Below are positions 1-12,939 of a stretch of 64,000 bases of DNA, piece by piece. Each line of letters begins with the position of its first letter. Positions within the stretch are counted from its first letter, which is position 1. The notes below the pieces were generated by a model that made no database searches, was not told where the DNA came from, and saw only the letters and a program-made list of their open reading frames with translations. A program made the position numbers and the translations under genes. Source of the DNA: Diadema antillarum (taxonomy: Eukaryota); contig NW_027270913.1 in NCBI RefSeq assembly GCF_040938485.1, forward strand, positions 3,038,001-3,102,000. Reading direction: 5' to 3'.

Positions 1-1500
1 GCTCAGTAAAAAGTCGTGTGCATTAGACCCAATGCCTACAAAGGTTCTCTTACAATGTGATAGCTCACTGATTTCTGTTTTAACATCCTTAATCAGGCTC
101 TCTTTGGCAACTGGTCAATTCCCCTCACAGTGGAAACATGCTTTAGTTAAACCCTTTTTGAAGAAGGCTGGTCTAGATATGGAGTTTTGTAATCTGCGGC
201 CTGTGAGTAACCTGAAGTATGTATCAAAGTTGGTTGAAGGTGCTGCCCATCAGCAAATTGTTGATCACCTTAATGTTAATTCACTTCTGCCTTTTAACCA
301 GTCGGCTTACAGACAATTCCACAGTACTGAAACAACACTGTTAAGAATCAAGAGTGACATATTGATGGCTATGGACAATCAGAAAGTAACCATATTGCTT
401 TTATTAGATCTGAGCAGTGCTTTTGACACCATAGATCATTCTCGCTTAGTGGAATCATTGAACACTTGCTTTGGCATTGATGGTGTTGTTCTGAAATGGA
501 CTAAGTCATACTTAGCAGATAGATATCAACAGATCGATATAGATGGTACTGGTTCAGATTTTTTCCCAGTGCCCACTGGAGTCCCACAGGGGTCTCGGCT
601 GGGCCCTCTGTTCTTTACTCTATACACAAGTAATCTGATCAAAAATGTGTATGAAAAGTTTCCTGGTGTATACTGTCACTGCTACGCAGATGACACACAG
701 ATGTATTTGTCGTTCACACCTGACGCACTTGCTCAGCAGCAAAGAATCACTCACATGGAAATATGTGTCAATGATATATGTACGTGAATGGATGCTGCAA
801 AACAAACTCATGCTGAATGACAATAAGACTGAACTGTTATTGATTGGCACATCCAAGCAAATATCTAAACTTTCTTTTTAATGGGATATCAGTTGGAAGT
901 ACCGTCATAAAGTCATCTTCCACTGTTAGGAATCTTGGAGAGTGTTTTGACACATCTGAACATGGACGCACACATCACAAATGTGTGTAAATCATCATAC
1001 CATATGATATAATAGACGTATCAGGAAATATTTTGATGAGAACCGTATGAAAATGATCGTCCAAGCGTGCATTGTCAGTAAATTGGATTATTGTAACGGG
1101 TTATTATGAGATTGTGGACTCCCTGATTCTCAAGTTGGGCGCCTGCAGCGAGTCCAAAAGTCCTGCGCAAGGCGTATCTGTATAACAAACCCAGGTTTTC
1201 AAGGATTACTCCTCTTCTGAAAGACTTACACTGGCTTCCGATTCGTAAACGAATATTGTTTAAGATTTTGTTGATTGTATATAAGTCACTCATCGGTCAA
1301 GCCCCAAGGTACATATCCGAATTATTAGTATTTAAATCTCATAGACACACTCACAATTTGCGCAGTTCTAAGGACACTCTTCTTTTGCAAATTCCAACAT
1401 GTAAAACAAAAGTAACACTGGGAGACAGAGCATTTACCTGTGCAACTCCCAAACTCTGGAATGATCTACCATTACAAGTCCGGAAATCCCCAACCGTAGC
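1..1500 (+). mobile_element. Decayed L2/CR1-clade LINE, reverse transcriptase and C-terminal part of ORF2; 5' end runs off the window
   Basis: ORF 32-787 has non-LTR RT motifs (RPVSNL, QSAYR..HSTET, LLDLSSAFDTIDH, GVPQGS.LGP.LF, YADDTQ). Continuation LMLNDNKTE and FKILLIVYKSL...GDRAF lies in other frames (frameshifts and stops). Antisense to, and probably intronic in, MGST copy D. Confidence 0.92.
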
Positions 1501-1511
1501 AGTTTTTTTTT

Positions 1512-1513
1512 TA

Positions 1514-1572
<59 letters not shown>
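1512..1572. repeat. (TA)n microsatellite; others at ~9265-9325, 13817-13860 and 18440-18468
   Basis: Directly visible. Confidence 0.95.
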
Positions 1573-1577
<5 letters not shown>

Positions 1578-2620
1578 TTTATGCAACATGAGAATGCGAG
1601 TAGTGTATGTGTGAGAACCAAAGAACAGAAACTCTGGAACTGCTAGACTTTAGAGAGAACTGTTGTTGCCTCTTGATTGGGTTGAAATCTTGTGTTACCG
1701 AGTAAAATAGTATACGATTAGGGACGACGAAATTATTTCATCGAAATGGCGACCATATTGATAATTTTAGGCTGCAATGCTCCCATTAATCTTTTCGAGA
1801 TTGCTGCTAGAGGCAACATTTTACATTTTATTTCACTTGTAGCTTGTATTGTATCGTTATTACTGATCTTTATTACTTGTCGAATTTAGATCGTCGTATT
1901 GCAGTATCAGGTAGTGGTATTTGTCAGAGCGTTTTATTCCTGCTACATTCTGAAACAAGCAAATGTAATCATAGAAATGTAGGTATAGGAGTTTAGGACA
2001 ATATATCATGACCTTGACATACGCGGGGAAACGACTATTTCAATATGTTTATTTCATGATCAGCTACTTTAAGTTAGAATGGCAAAGCCATTGAAGAATG
2101 GTGCGTAACTGAATACAGGAAAAAGAGAGATTCAACATTTAAAGATGGTGGGGGGGGGGGGGTTCACAAAGCATAATACTGTATATTGTGAATGAAGGAA
2201 TATCTAATAGTCTATATAATATCTTGTTTAAAGAAGATCTGTTCAGACAATCTGTTTAGACGTTTATGGTCAATTTCACCGGTTTCTTTGCATATGGAAA
2301 CAAATTGTACTGTCAGAATAAAAAAGCGACATCAAAAACATATGAGAATATTCTCGCGTTTTGGGAGGTATATTTTAAATAAAAGTGCACATTCCCTTGA
2401 CTTGTTGCAGAAATAATTGTATTGTAAGGTAAATAGTATTCACCATGCCTCCCTGAGGAGTTTTGTCAAGCCCTCTGTCGATATCCTAAAAAAATGAAAT
2501 GTTGATTGTTAGATTTTCATTGATTTTCTTTCTGCATTGAGTTATTATTATGATTGAGAAGCCATCCCTTTAATTGAGGCTTTCTGACTAAATCAAGGGA
2601 TAAATGCGATATGTACCTAC

Positions 2621-4902
2621 CTCCGAACTCTCTCGACAACGGGGTCATTTAGAGTGACCTTTTTATCCGGGCCTTTCATGTGTGCAGCTGCATCCTCGGC
2701 ATTGGCAAAGACCTGTTAAGAAGACGAGGGGTATTGTATCATACTCATATATCCATACGGATCTGTGCGTCGGTGTGTTCCTCCAAAGATCAGTCATGTA
2801 CACAATCGCTCTCATGTCGTTTCAATGCCTTTAGACTGTACAGGACTCCGTTTTACAACGTAGACCTTACTATACAAGGAACTTCATTTTTTTTTTTGGC
2901 ATCTCCCTATGTAGTATCATTCACTGAGTTAGTGAGTATTGGCAGGTATATTATAGTTAGCGACCCCCATACTCACCACATTTTTTTTTTATGGACTCAC
3001 TTTTTTATGATTCTTTATTTGAACTTCGTTCAATTTGATATCACAGAAACAGAAATAATCACAGAAACAAAAACAAAACATTATACAAAGACAAATTGCA
3101 TTATACCCACACATTGTACAAAATAACGTCAATCTTACACTATATTAAGACGAAATGCAGCAACACAAACATTGTGCAAACTAATGTCAAACTTACATTG
3201 TAACTCTTTTAACCCAGAAACGAAATCCGCTTTTTGTTTTTTTAAACACATATTCTAGCTAAAAGCCCGCAAACGGGGACATAATAGATAATTTGCTGAA
3301 AACAAACGGGGCATATTCCATTACTTCTCTAAAGAAAAAAAAAAGAAAGAAATTGAGGCCATTTGTGAGAAAACACACACACATATGCACACACACACAC
3401 CAACACAAACGCCAACATGTGGAAATGATGTGGAAATGGTAGAAGCAATAGAGAGGAAAAAATGACAACAATGTGACAATAACTCGCAGATACGGCAAAA
3501 TCAAGACATAAAAAGAAAATCACATATCATCCTCGGTATACATCATAATATTCCCACTTTAACAAATTCATTCCAACTGTTCCTCTTTTAATCGCTATCT
3601 TATTTTTTCTCCTTTACACATCTTGAAATACTTCATAACATCATTAAACTTTGGTTATACCTCTCCTTCTGATCTCGCTAAATATAAAATACATTTAATC
3701 ATCAATATAAGTGTATTCCACCCTTTGACTTTAAACAAGTTTCCAGATATACCTGTATACACAACTTCCCAATTCATATTTCCCAGTTCTTCTAAATTCA
3801 ATTTCTGAATGATAATTTGCCACAATTCCTTTACTTTAATACGCTCCCAAAATAAATGTGAATATGTTTCAGTGCTCTTTTTGCAGAAAGAACAGAGATC
3901 ATCCGAAACAAACCCAAATCTCAACATATTAACTCTTGTATAAAATACACCATGAAGAAGCTTAAACTGAAATTCCCTAAGCTTGGGATAAGAGTTGTGA
4001 ATCTGGGTCGGAGAAAAATATCTTGCGTTACTTTTGGTGAGAAGGCGAAATTACTCTGTCGATCTCGTACTTCCAATGTATATAACTGCTGTATATCAGT
4101 TAAAAAATACTTGTAAATCTTTCTCGAAGGTATGTCACCAATCCTAATTTCTTTTCCATATAATTTTAATCAAATATCATAAACCTGAAAAGGTTTAGTA
4201 CTGACCCACGACAAACTAAACCGTCTACTTTTCAAAATTACATCACAAATCCTCAAAACATATTCAATTTCCTCACTACATAACCCTGCTTTTTGAAAAT
4301 AAGTAATCGGCCGTATACCTTTTCCATCGAAATAATGACATAATCTATAAATATTTTTTCTCAAAAGATTTTCATTATGTATAATTTCACCTTTAAATAA
4401 AAAAAATATATATTATCAAATACTATTTGATTCATAAGCCCCTCTTCTGAATTTCTCAAATTTCCCAAACCTTGCTACGCTTGTAAAATGTCTTTATAAA
4501 ATTTCGGAACTTTCAAAAAAAAGTTTATTTGTTTCAAAATTACACTGAAAAATTAAAACACCACCAACTGACCTAAAACATATTGAAAATACTTTTTCCA
4601 GGTCATACTCTTTTCTCCACAAAAAAAAGTCTTTTCACCCACATTACTCTTTGAACTTTAACAAACAACTCTTTCACACACACGGCACATGCACACACAC
4701 ACTCACGCACGCACACACACATACTTATGTATGTATGTAGGCACCAGAGTCCTTAATATAGATAATAAAAACGAAAGAACAATACGTTTCGAGTCATTCG
4801 GTTGTATCCAGTGATGGGCGACATCACAACCATCTTCAGCAGAACAATGGCAGCATACGTGACGAAGTATGCCAGCTCTTTAGTCTCCATGAACTCACAC
4901 AT
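2621..4902 (-). CDS. MGST1: MGST1-like copy D, partial: coding exon 1 (4786-4902) and exon 2 (2621-2712); exon 3 not in window
   Basis: Exon 1 MCEFMETKELAYFVTYAAIVLLKMVVMSPITGYNRMTRN|GT. Exon 2 AG|VFANAEDAAAHMKGPDKKVTLNDPVVERVR(R)|GT. Same exon sizes and phases as copies A-C. Confidence 0.85.
3560..4620 (-). mobile_element. L1/Tx1-like LINE 3' fragment (ORF2 C-terminal Cys/His region), in intron 1 of MGST copy D
   Basis: Minus-strand translation KLREFQFKLLH...MLRFGFVSDDLCSFCKKSTETYSHLFW is the typical L1/Tx1 C-terminal zinc-knuckle region. Interrupted by stops; boundaries approximate. Confidence 0.8.
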
Positions 4903-6605
4903 TTTGCGAGGATAACGTGCCTCTTGTGAGCCTCAAAAGAAATCCACTTTGAGAAGTATAGAGTTACGTGAGGCTGAGCAATATAGGGTTATAATACCTC
5001 TTCACTGAGCTAGTCCTATGACCTGTAGATATTCATATGGAAGCAGCAATATGGCAGCACAGGTTACCAGGTACGTGTTCGCGTTATGCACACTATACAG
5101 TGACACCTGCGAAGAACATCAAGGAAACCTTTCGAATAAGTCTAGGCCGGTTTACCCTCACCCGACGATGTTGCTAGAGAAATAAAAAGTACGGACTACC
5201 TTTGACCCCTGTACACTTGAATAGACTACACATAAAAAAAGAAAGTCATTGTTTGATTTCAGAGACAAGAGTACTGGAGTTAAGTTTGGATTTGCCTCGC
5301 TTTGTTCGCTCGAATGTCCTTTTGTGCTGTTTGTAGAACAAAGTCCATATTTTGCCTACGCGAGGATCAGTCTATAACTGTGTTGCTTTTCATCGTGCAA
5401 AGTTCACTTCCGTCGATCTGCTCAAATCATATAATTATCCTTTGACATCGAGTATATATATTAAACAGCAAACTTAGATTACGACTTCCATCTGAAGATA
5501 CTAATAGTCACTCAAGATAGAAAGCTTCCTGAACCCTCCCTCCTTTAAATGACATTGGAAATGCAATTTAAGTTCAGAGGAAGAATTCAGAATGTATGAT
5601 AATAATATAATTGCATGATGTCATATCGAGTTCGCATGAATCGATTTCCATGTTACCCTGTAAATAATGTCATGTGGGCCTACTGGCAGACAAATTCAAT
5701 TTAAAATCGGCAACTAGGAAAGATCACATCGAATGTAAACCGACCCAGAGGAACTGCTCAAAGAAATTAATGATGAAGTTCTTGGTAACATTTGCATTGT
5801 ATTTTATGTGCGATTACTTTCCTTTTATAGATCTGAGCGTGAATAAGTACGGGAGCCTCAGCCTCCTCTCTTTCCACCATTGTCTCTGGCATTGGGAAAA
5901 AACCCCCGCACAAACCTATGAATTTCCGAATATTCTACCACGTCATTGTTCCCATCGAAGGGGGGAGGGGAGACCCTGACCAAATCATGAGTTCTATCCT
6001 TGCCCCCACCCCAACCCCCCCCCCCCACACACAAACAAACAAACAAACAAATACACTAAAATGAGTAATATACCCAGTACGAAAATATTAGGCAAACAAG
6101 ACGCATTGCATTCACGGTACACGATTAACCTTTATTTTGAGGAAGGTAGCATGACTAGTGGGAGAGATGTGCAAGCGACCTTAACATCTTCAGGGCCCTC
6201 TTGGGAATCTTATGACATGTTTTTGAATTCATAATCGTATACAGCTGTGGGTCTACAGAATTATTGTAACTTTAAAACCTGTTAAATGCAACGAAGATTC
6301 ATTTGCAGACGGAGAATACTTAGTTTGACAAACTTGCTTTACATAGGGAGGGGACAGCCCTTCCCCTCTCCACTCACACATAGTCTGCATGACGTCTACG
6401 TAATAATGCTTGCGTTCCAGATAAAATTCTTCTTGCTTTTCTGGTGTATTAAATTAATCTTTGCCTTAAATTAAGAAACTTTTTTTCTCAGTTGTTATGA
6501 TGGTTGATCACATGAAATGTTTACGTGTTCATGTAAACGAAAAAAAAAAAATCCCAGCAAAAGCTGAGCTTACTGCAGAACGCAGAACGTACGTAAGCTG
6601 AAAAG

Positions 6606-7445
6606 AACTAGCAACAAGGAAAAGTAGAAATTACGCGGTGCGTAATATATGTCCCCGCCGGAAGTAGCATTTTGCAACAAAATGTACAATACAGGTCAAA
6701 AAATCAAGGTCAAAGGTCAAAGAAGTCAAAGGTCAAAATTCTGTGTAGAAGTGTTGAAGCCCTCACCTAGTGCCATCACATAAAGCAAACGGAATCGAAA
6801 TCGGGTTAGAAATGGCGAAGGAGTAGCATTTTGTAGCAAAATGTACAATACAGTTCAAAAAATCAAGGTCAAAGGTCAAAGAAGTCAAAGGTCAAAATTC
6901 TGTGTAGAAGTGTTGAAGCCCTCACCTAGTGCCATCACATAAAGCAAACGGAATCGAAATCGGGTTAGAAATGGCGAAGGAGTAGCATTTTGTAGCAAAA
7001 TGTACAATATAGGTCAAAAAATCAAGGTCAAAGGTCAAAGAAGTCAAAGGTCAAAATTCTGTGTGGAAGTTTTGAAGCCCTCACCTAGTGCCATCACATA
7101 CAGCAAACGGAATCGAAATCGGGTTAGAAATGGCGAAGGAGTAGCATTTTGTAGCAAAATGTACAATATAGGTCAAAGGTCAAGGTCAAAGGTCACGACT
7201 GAAATTCTGTGTAGAAGTTTCAAAGCTCCCATGTAGTGCTATCATATAAAGCAAACAGAATCAAAATTGGCTCATAAATGACAGAGAAGTAGCAAATTGA
7301 AGATTTTGATCTCACACGGACGCACACACGGACGCACACACGGACGGACGGACGGACGGACGGACGGACGGACACACGGACACACACACGTACGGAGCCC
7401 GTTTCATAGTCCCCTGCTCGAACTCGTTCGGCGGGGACAAAAATA
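6606..7445 (+). mobile_element. Helentron-type non-autonomous element (HINE/DINE-1/pearl-like) with a 159-bp tandem core
   Basis: 5' mini-palindrome ATTACGC-GGT-GCGTAAT; subterminal IR TGTCCCCGCCG (~6650) / CGGCGGGGACA (~7430); units starting at 6663, 6822, 6981 and 7140; (ACGG/ACAC)n tract ~7316-7395; 3' GTCCCC...GGGGAC stem-loop. Confidence 0.75.
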
Positions 7446-8175
7446 ATGGAATTCTGACAAGTAAAAGCGTAACGTCACATATGTTACTGGAAAACGTGGT
7501 CAGGAATCAATCATAATCCAAAAAAAAAATATTTTTGTTAATTGTCGATATAATTGTGATATATTCCTCTTTATACAAGTTTGTAAAACATGAAAATTGA
7601 GTTTTGTCATTTTCTAGTACATGTATTTTCAGCAACCATATACTTAAAGAAAATCGTGTATGAACTATATTGATAAAACTTTCTTAAGTTAATCTATAAG
7701 GTCTTAGTCATCAGATGGGTTAGTCAAATTTTGTAATGTTCTACCATGGGAAAACATTTTCACGTAACAACTGACAGAAGGCCTATGACCACGCGCGCAG
7801 TGAATTTGGCTCTGCGCGATCGCGAGCGGGCGATCGAGTACGTTAATGTGCTGGTGGTTGATGTTGACGTATTTGACGTATTTGACTAACCCATAAAGGC
7901 CTAATATAGAAGATGGTGACTTTTATTGTCGGGAACATGTACCAAACGTTCCACCCTCAGGGTTTGAAATGCTATTGGAACATTCGGTATGTCCCTCCCC
8001 CGCCAGTCATCATCTATATAATGTTGTGTCATTTTCTACTGAATGATGTCGACGGCAAAATACACGGTTTGGTAAGCTATGAACAATTTGTGTGATTTTC
8101 CCTCCACATAGCATCCCCACAAAAAGAAAAGCAACAGCTACCCTGCATATCATTCCAAAGAGATTGCTTATCATC

Positions 8176-9262
8176 TTAGAGATTAAAGTTGTTCATCAAA
8201 ATCTGAACGCCCATGGAAACATTAACACCGAATCCCGCCAAGAAACAAAGAAACCTCGCTGGCTGGGGAACTGCATAGAGATAGACGACGGTGTGTAGCA
8301 GACGAGACACGGTGAAGATTCTGTAGTGCCACAACAGGGTGCTGGTGGAGGCGCCTGAAAAGAGCGCGTAGAGGAGTCCCAGCCCGAAGAAGGGCACGAT
8401 GTTCTCAAGGTCGTTCAGATGACACCTGTTAAGAAGGGCGGAGGAAGTTCAAATGAGACCTTTGAATGTTATCGGAGCGTGCGTTGAAAAAGAAATAAAT
8501 AAATAAAACAAAGAAGAAGAAACATAAAAACAGAAACCTATTCCAGCAGTCTTAGAGTATGTTATTTCCAAAAGGTCCATTCGGTACCATGAATATATTT
8601 ATATAGGACTGATACAACTCTGCGTCTCTTGATAGTAATAATGAAAAAAAAAAACCCTGATAGTGACAAATGAGGAGGTTTATCGAATTTTTCCATTGAG
8701 TGATCACGTACGTGGCTGTCATAATCCGTAATGAAGAATCAATTTTATTCTCAAGAAATGGCAACGAACGGTCCATTAATGCAGCTCAAACTCGTCAAGA
8801 TGGTTTGCTTGGGACAAAAGGTTATAATCGCTTTATCTCTTGTTATCATTATTTTTTATCATAATTACCACGACTATATACCGCATCTGCTACAGCAGCT
8901 GTTCCTGCTACTACTACTGCTGCTGCTGATGCTCCTGCGTAAGCTGCTGTTGCTATGCTGCCTATACTTCTTCCTCTTCATCATCATCTTCTTCATCTTC
9001 TTCTTCTTCTCCTCCTCCTCCTTTTCCTCCTCTTTTTCTTTCTTCTTCTTTTTCTTATATACCTGCCAGTACTTTTTCTTCCTGTTAAGTGAACTAAACG
9101 CCTTCGTGAACTTGGAGAAATAACCTGTGTTTTTTTTCTCCATCTCGTCACCCCCCCCAAAAAAAAAAAAATATATATATATATAATTATGAAGAGCTTG
9201 CTTCCAAAAGGCGCTATATCCATCCTTTTTAAATGGATTTAGCGCCTTCTGGTAGCTAGCTC

Positions 9263-9312
<50 letters not shown>

Positions 9313-10564
9313 TATATATATATATGTATGTATAAATAATCACGTAGGCAGGTTCAAAATTAAAAGCTTCCTTCTCCAACATCATTGCGTCGACACCTCT
9401 CCATCTTGAACAAGGCACCCAAACGAATTTCACCAAATCGCTAATAAGCCTTTTACGGTCATACACTTATTAATGTAAGACAGCAAACTATTGAAGCAAG
9501 TGTGTGTTATTATATCAGAGATGAATATATCGCATCTCACCTTCTTACACGTTCGACCACGGAGTCGTTGGTGACGACTTTGTTGTCTTTCACGGTCGCC
9601 AGTGGCAAGTCTTCAGGATTGCTGAACACCTGCAGGATCGAGAGACATCATACACAATCTGAAATACATCCCGAGGAGACGTATAATCACGCCTAGGCTT
9701 ATCATAGAGGCAAAGGCGCACACAAAAGATAAGAATTATTTTTAGTTTTATGCATCATTTTTTTATTGATACCACGAACATACACATTCTATTTCATGAA
9801 GTTGGTATCTAGTTGTCGGGTTGATATAACACATGTGACACCCTATTCTCAATAAACGTAACTCTGATAGAAACTCATCACCAGACTATTATAGGTGTGG
9901 GCAAATTTTGTTTACCTTTCCCCATACAAATGTACTTACTAAATGCGTTTTCTCACTGGTTGAACTTTTACAAGACTGCAAGTTTCCGATGTATTCACAA
10001 TCGGTCTCAAGACACATGACACATGTAACGGCATTCGTGAAATTTTAAACTCGCATCGAATCATGTCTAGGTATAATTTCATAGTGAATGATTTAATGCA
10101 CAGTACTACAACGAAAATGAATTGCCCAGGTGTGTTGTCACTTTTTTTTCTTTGTTTCACAGAGACCGAATGCTACTAAGGCGTATAACAGTGCAGTCTA
10201 GAATCTTGCGTGAGAAAACATAATCATTTACTGTCTGCAGTAAAATGTACCGTATTTGTAGGACGGACTCCAAGTGTACGAATTTTGTAATAGTCATTTT
10301 ATAGTCATATTACACGGATCAGTATGCACTTTACCAAAAACGTCATTGTCGTGAGGTGTCAATTCAAGTAAGGACAAGTCATATTGTTGATATATATATA
10401 TTATGTATTACCATGCAGCTAGAAACTTATTCTTCATTTCACCTTACCCCTCTCCTGAGTCGAAAGAATGACGTAATTGGTGACATATCAACCATCTTCA
10501 GCAGGACGATACTTGAATACGTCACGAAATACGACATCTCTTTACTTGCAAGGACGTCCGACAT
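8176..10564 (-). CDS. MGST1: MGST1-like copy C, complete, 151 aa: exons 10448-10564, 9541-9629, 8176-8425
   Basis: Spliced ORF MSDVLASKEMSYFVTYSSIVLLKMVDMSPITSFFRLRRG / VFSNPEDLPLATVKDNKVVTNDSVVERVRR / CHLNDLENIVPFFGLGLLY...RLLHTVVYL..PQPAR...NL*. All introns GT-AG. MAPEG MGST1 signature ERVRRxHLNDLENI. Confidence 0.95.
8900..9060. repeat. Compound triplet repeat (CTG/CTA/CAT/CTT/CCT) in intron 2 of MGST copy C
   Basis: Directly visible. It produces the spurious poly-L/F and poly-K/E/S ORFs at 8731-9223. Confidence 0.85.
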
Positions 10565-11600
10565 TATGCTGGATTTAATCCGTTTTCCTCACTGTTCAAC
10601 GTTCCTTGTCCAAGGTGTGAGAATGGGTATCATGCAGATCTCTATAACGTGTAACAGTGTCAGTTGTGTACGAGATGGTTGTACTCGCGTGCAGGAAGAG
10701 TTTTAAAAAGCTCCCTATATGTGCACGCATGCGATCCCCTCGGTGCAAATAGTCCTTCACAAACTGAATAATGAATTCAAATATTGCTGTGCACACCCAA
10801 CCACCCTACAATAGGTCCATCGGAATTTTCGTTTCGTGCTCGACATTTCATAGTGGGAGCAAAGTTCAAACAAATATGAGATTTCGCCTGGAGTTTGAAT
10901 ATATGCAAGTACCTAGATATAGTTAGGGACCATAGGCCTTTATAGTACTGACCTTAAACTGCTGTGACATTGTGATTATCTGACAAATCAGTGTTTCAAC
11001 AACGGAAGGATAAAATTGTGCTCTATGCTGCTAAAATGAACACAGATTATTGACACATGGGTGTCCAGCGTAAAAGCGAGACAATGTGAGCACATGCACT
11101 GCAGGCCTACGTCTGTAGCTGTGAGTTTATTTGCACTTTATTGAGAAAGGATTTTCAATAATGCTGTGTCATCGTCAGTTCTATTAGAAAGAATCACAGT
11201 GAACACACCTCACATCACACCATCATGCACATTGCACGCACAGATTAATTGGAAAGCCTAATTGTAGTATAATAAGAGCAATGTATTGAACTACTATAAG
11301 TACCTCGTGTGCAACCTTGAATGAGGTCGTTGTCACGGTTATAACAATATCGCTGTATAAAGGTCATTCTCTGTGCTGTAACACAAATGCCTGTGTCAGG
11401 TTGTGTTGTGACATTTTATATGAAATTTACTATCATACGATCAATCTCCTTTACAAATGAAGTGAATGGGAGGGTAACGTTATCAATGGTTTCTGTTGAT
11501 TGTGTTATACCAAAAACACGTGCGGTATGATAATATAAAACTAAGGATGTGGAACATCCCCCCCCCCCCCCAAAAAAAAAAAAAAAAAAAAATGCTGGTT

Positions 11601-11995
11601 TTAAAGGGATGGTATAGTTTTGGTTGAGATGGGTCTTCAGGTTTTCAACACTATTTAACGGTATTTTTCTCTTTTTTGAGATATCGAGAAATTTTCATGA
11701 AAAATGAGAGAGGATATATTTTCAGGGGGAATTCAAAGTTTATTTTATGAAAATCGGTTTGAAATGGCTGAGATATCAAAAACAAAGCGATCCTTATAAG
11801 TGGTTGGACCCACCTTGGGATCGCTTTGATTTTAGTCGTGATTCTTTTTTTTTTTTTTTTTTTTTGGTCAAATAAACTTTGAATTCCTCTTAGAATTGTA
11901 TGCTCTTTCACATTTCATAAAGTGAAGTATCTCGTTAAAAAAAAAAGGTTAAAACCTGAATCCTCACCTCAACCAATACTATACCATCCCTTTAA
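11601..11995. mobile_element. T2/Kolobok-like MITE with TTAA target duplication
   Basis: TTAA|AGGGATGGTATAGTTTTGGTTGAG ... CTCAACCAATACTATACCATCCCT|TTAA. Related copies at 31748-32140, ~38720-38770 (fragment) and 55625-55830 (partial). Confidence 0.8.
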
Positions 11996-12009
11996 TTTTG
12001 AGAAAGAAA

Positions 12010-12125
12010 TGTTTCAATAATAATGATAATAATAATAATAACAATAATGATATGAATTTATATTGCGCGAAATCTACTCTATAGAGTGCTCAAAGCGCAT
12101 ACATACTATTATTAACCCGGTGTCT
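12010..12125 (-). mobile_element. 3' tail of an L2-type LINE/SINE
   Basis: Minus strand GCGCTTTGAGC...GCGCAATATAAAT followed by (ATT)n tail. Confidence 0.55.
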
Positions 12126-12939
12126 GGATACCTTTATTTCTTGCCAGCTCTGACACTACAATACAAGCACCCTGTTGGAGAAAGAGTAACATGACAGAAA
12201 GAGTTCGAGATACATAGACCGAGACAGACAGACAGACAGACAGATAGACAGACAGACAGACAAGCAGGCAGACAGACAGACAGACATAGCGATGAGACAG
12301 AGGGAGAGAGAGAATGAAAGAAAGGAAATGACAGATTCACTGGCACCAAATAATAAATTAAAAGATGACCGATCCTATTACAGCCCAAATTTATCAAAAG
12401 AAGTTGACATACCAGTTCACCTCACGTATCGCATAACCTAATGGCCAACGTAAGATGCATTGTTTTAAGCATAATAAGAGTTTGAATTCATGATGAGGCC
12501 TCTCATTTTGCCGTCAGATAGAAAAAAAAATGATTAGTTTTCTTCTGTTTGAACGCCAGATCCAATATACGCATTGAAAACTCATATAATTCAGGGAACC
12601 AGGATTGACAAAAATGAGATTTTCACAGTTCGTTGAAAAGACTGCCGCGGTATTTCGAGAAGCTTATTCTTGGACCAAAATTCACACTCTTGTACTAACA
12701 GACACTTTGACAGCTAACCAAGCATATTATCATACTGATTGGAAGAATATATACAGATGTTTATACTTATGTTTACGATGTGTATACGTATATACATATA
12801 TATATACGAAGAAGAAAAAGAAAAAAAGAAGGGAAAAAAAAAGAAGAAGAAGAAGAAAAAAAAACTCGCCTGGACCGGGAAGGAGGGAGAACGGGGGTGG
12901 GGGGGGGGGGGGGGGGGAGAAAACCAAATCAAACAAGAT

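Noticed and set aside
4903-5200. ARE/MRE stress elements upstream of the MGST copies
   Set aside because: No exact TGACnnnGC was found near the starts I checked, TGCRCNC is too frequent to be informative, and the TSSs are unknown.
8731-9223. Hydrophobic 130-aa and Lys/Arg-rich protamine-like ORFs
   Set aside because: Translations of a triplet repeat inside an MGST intron; no splice or start support.
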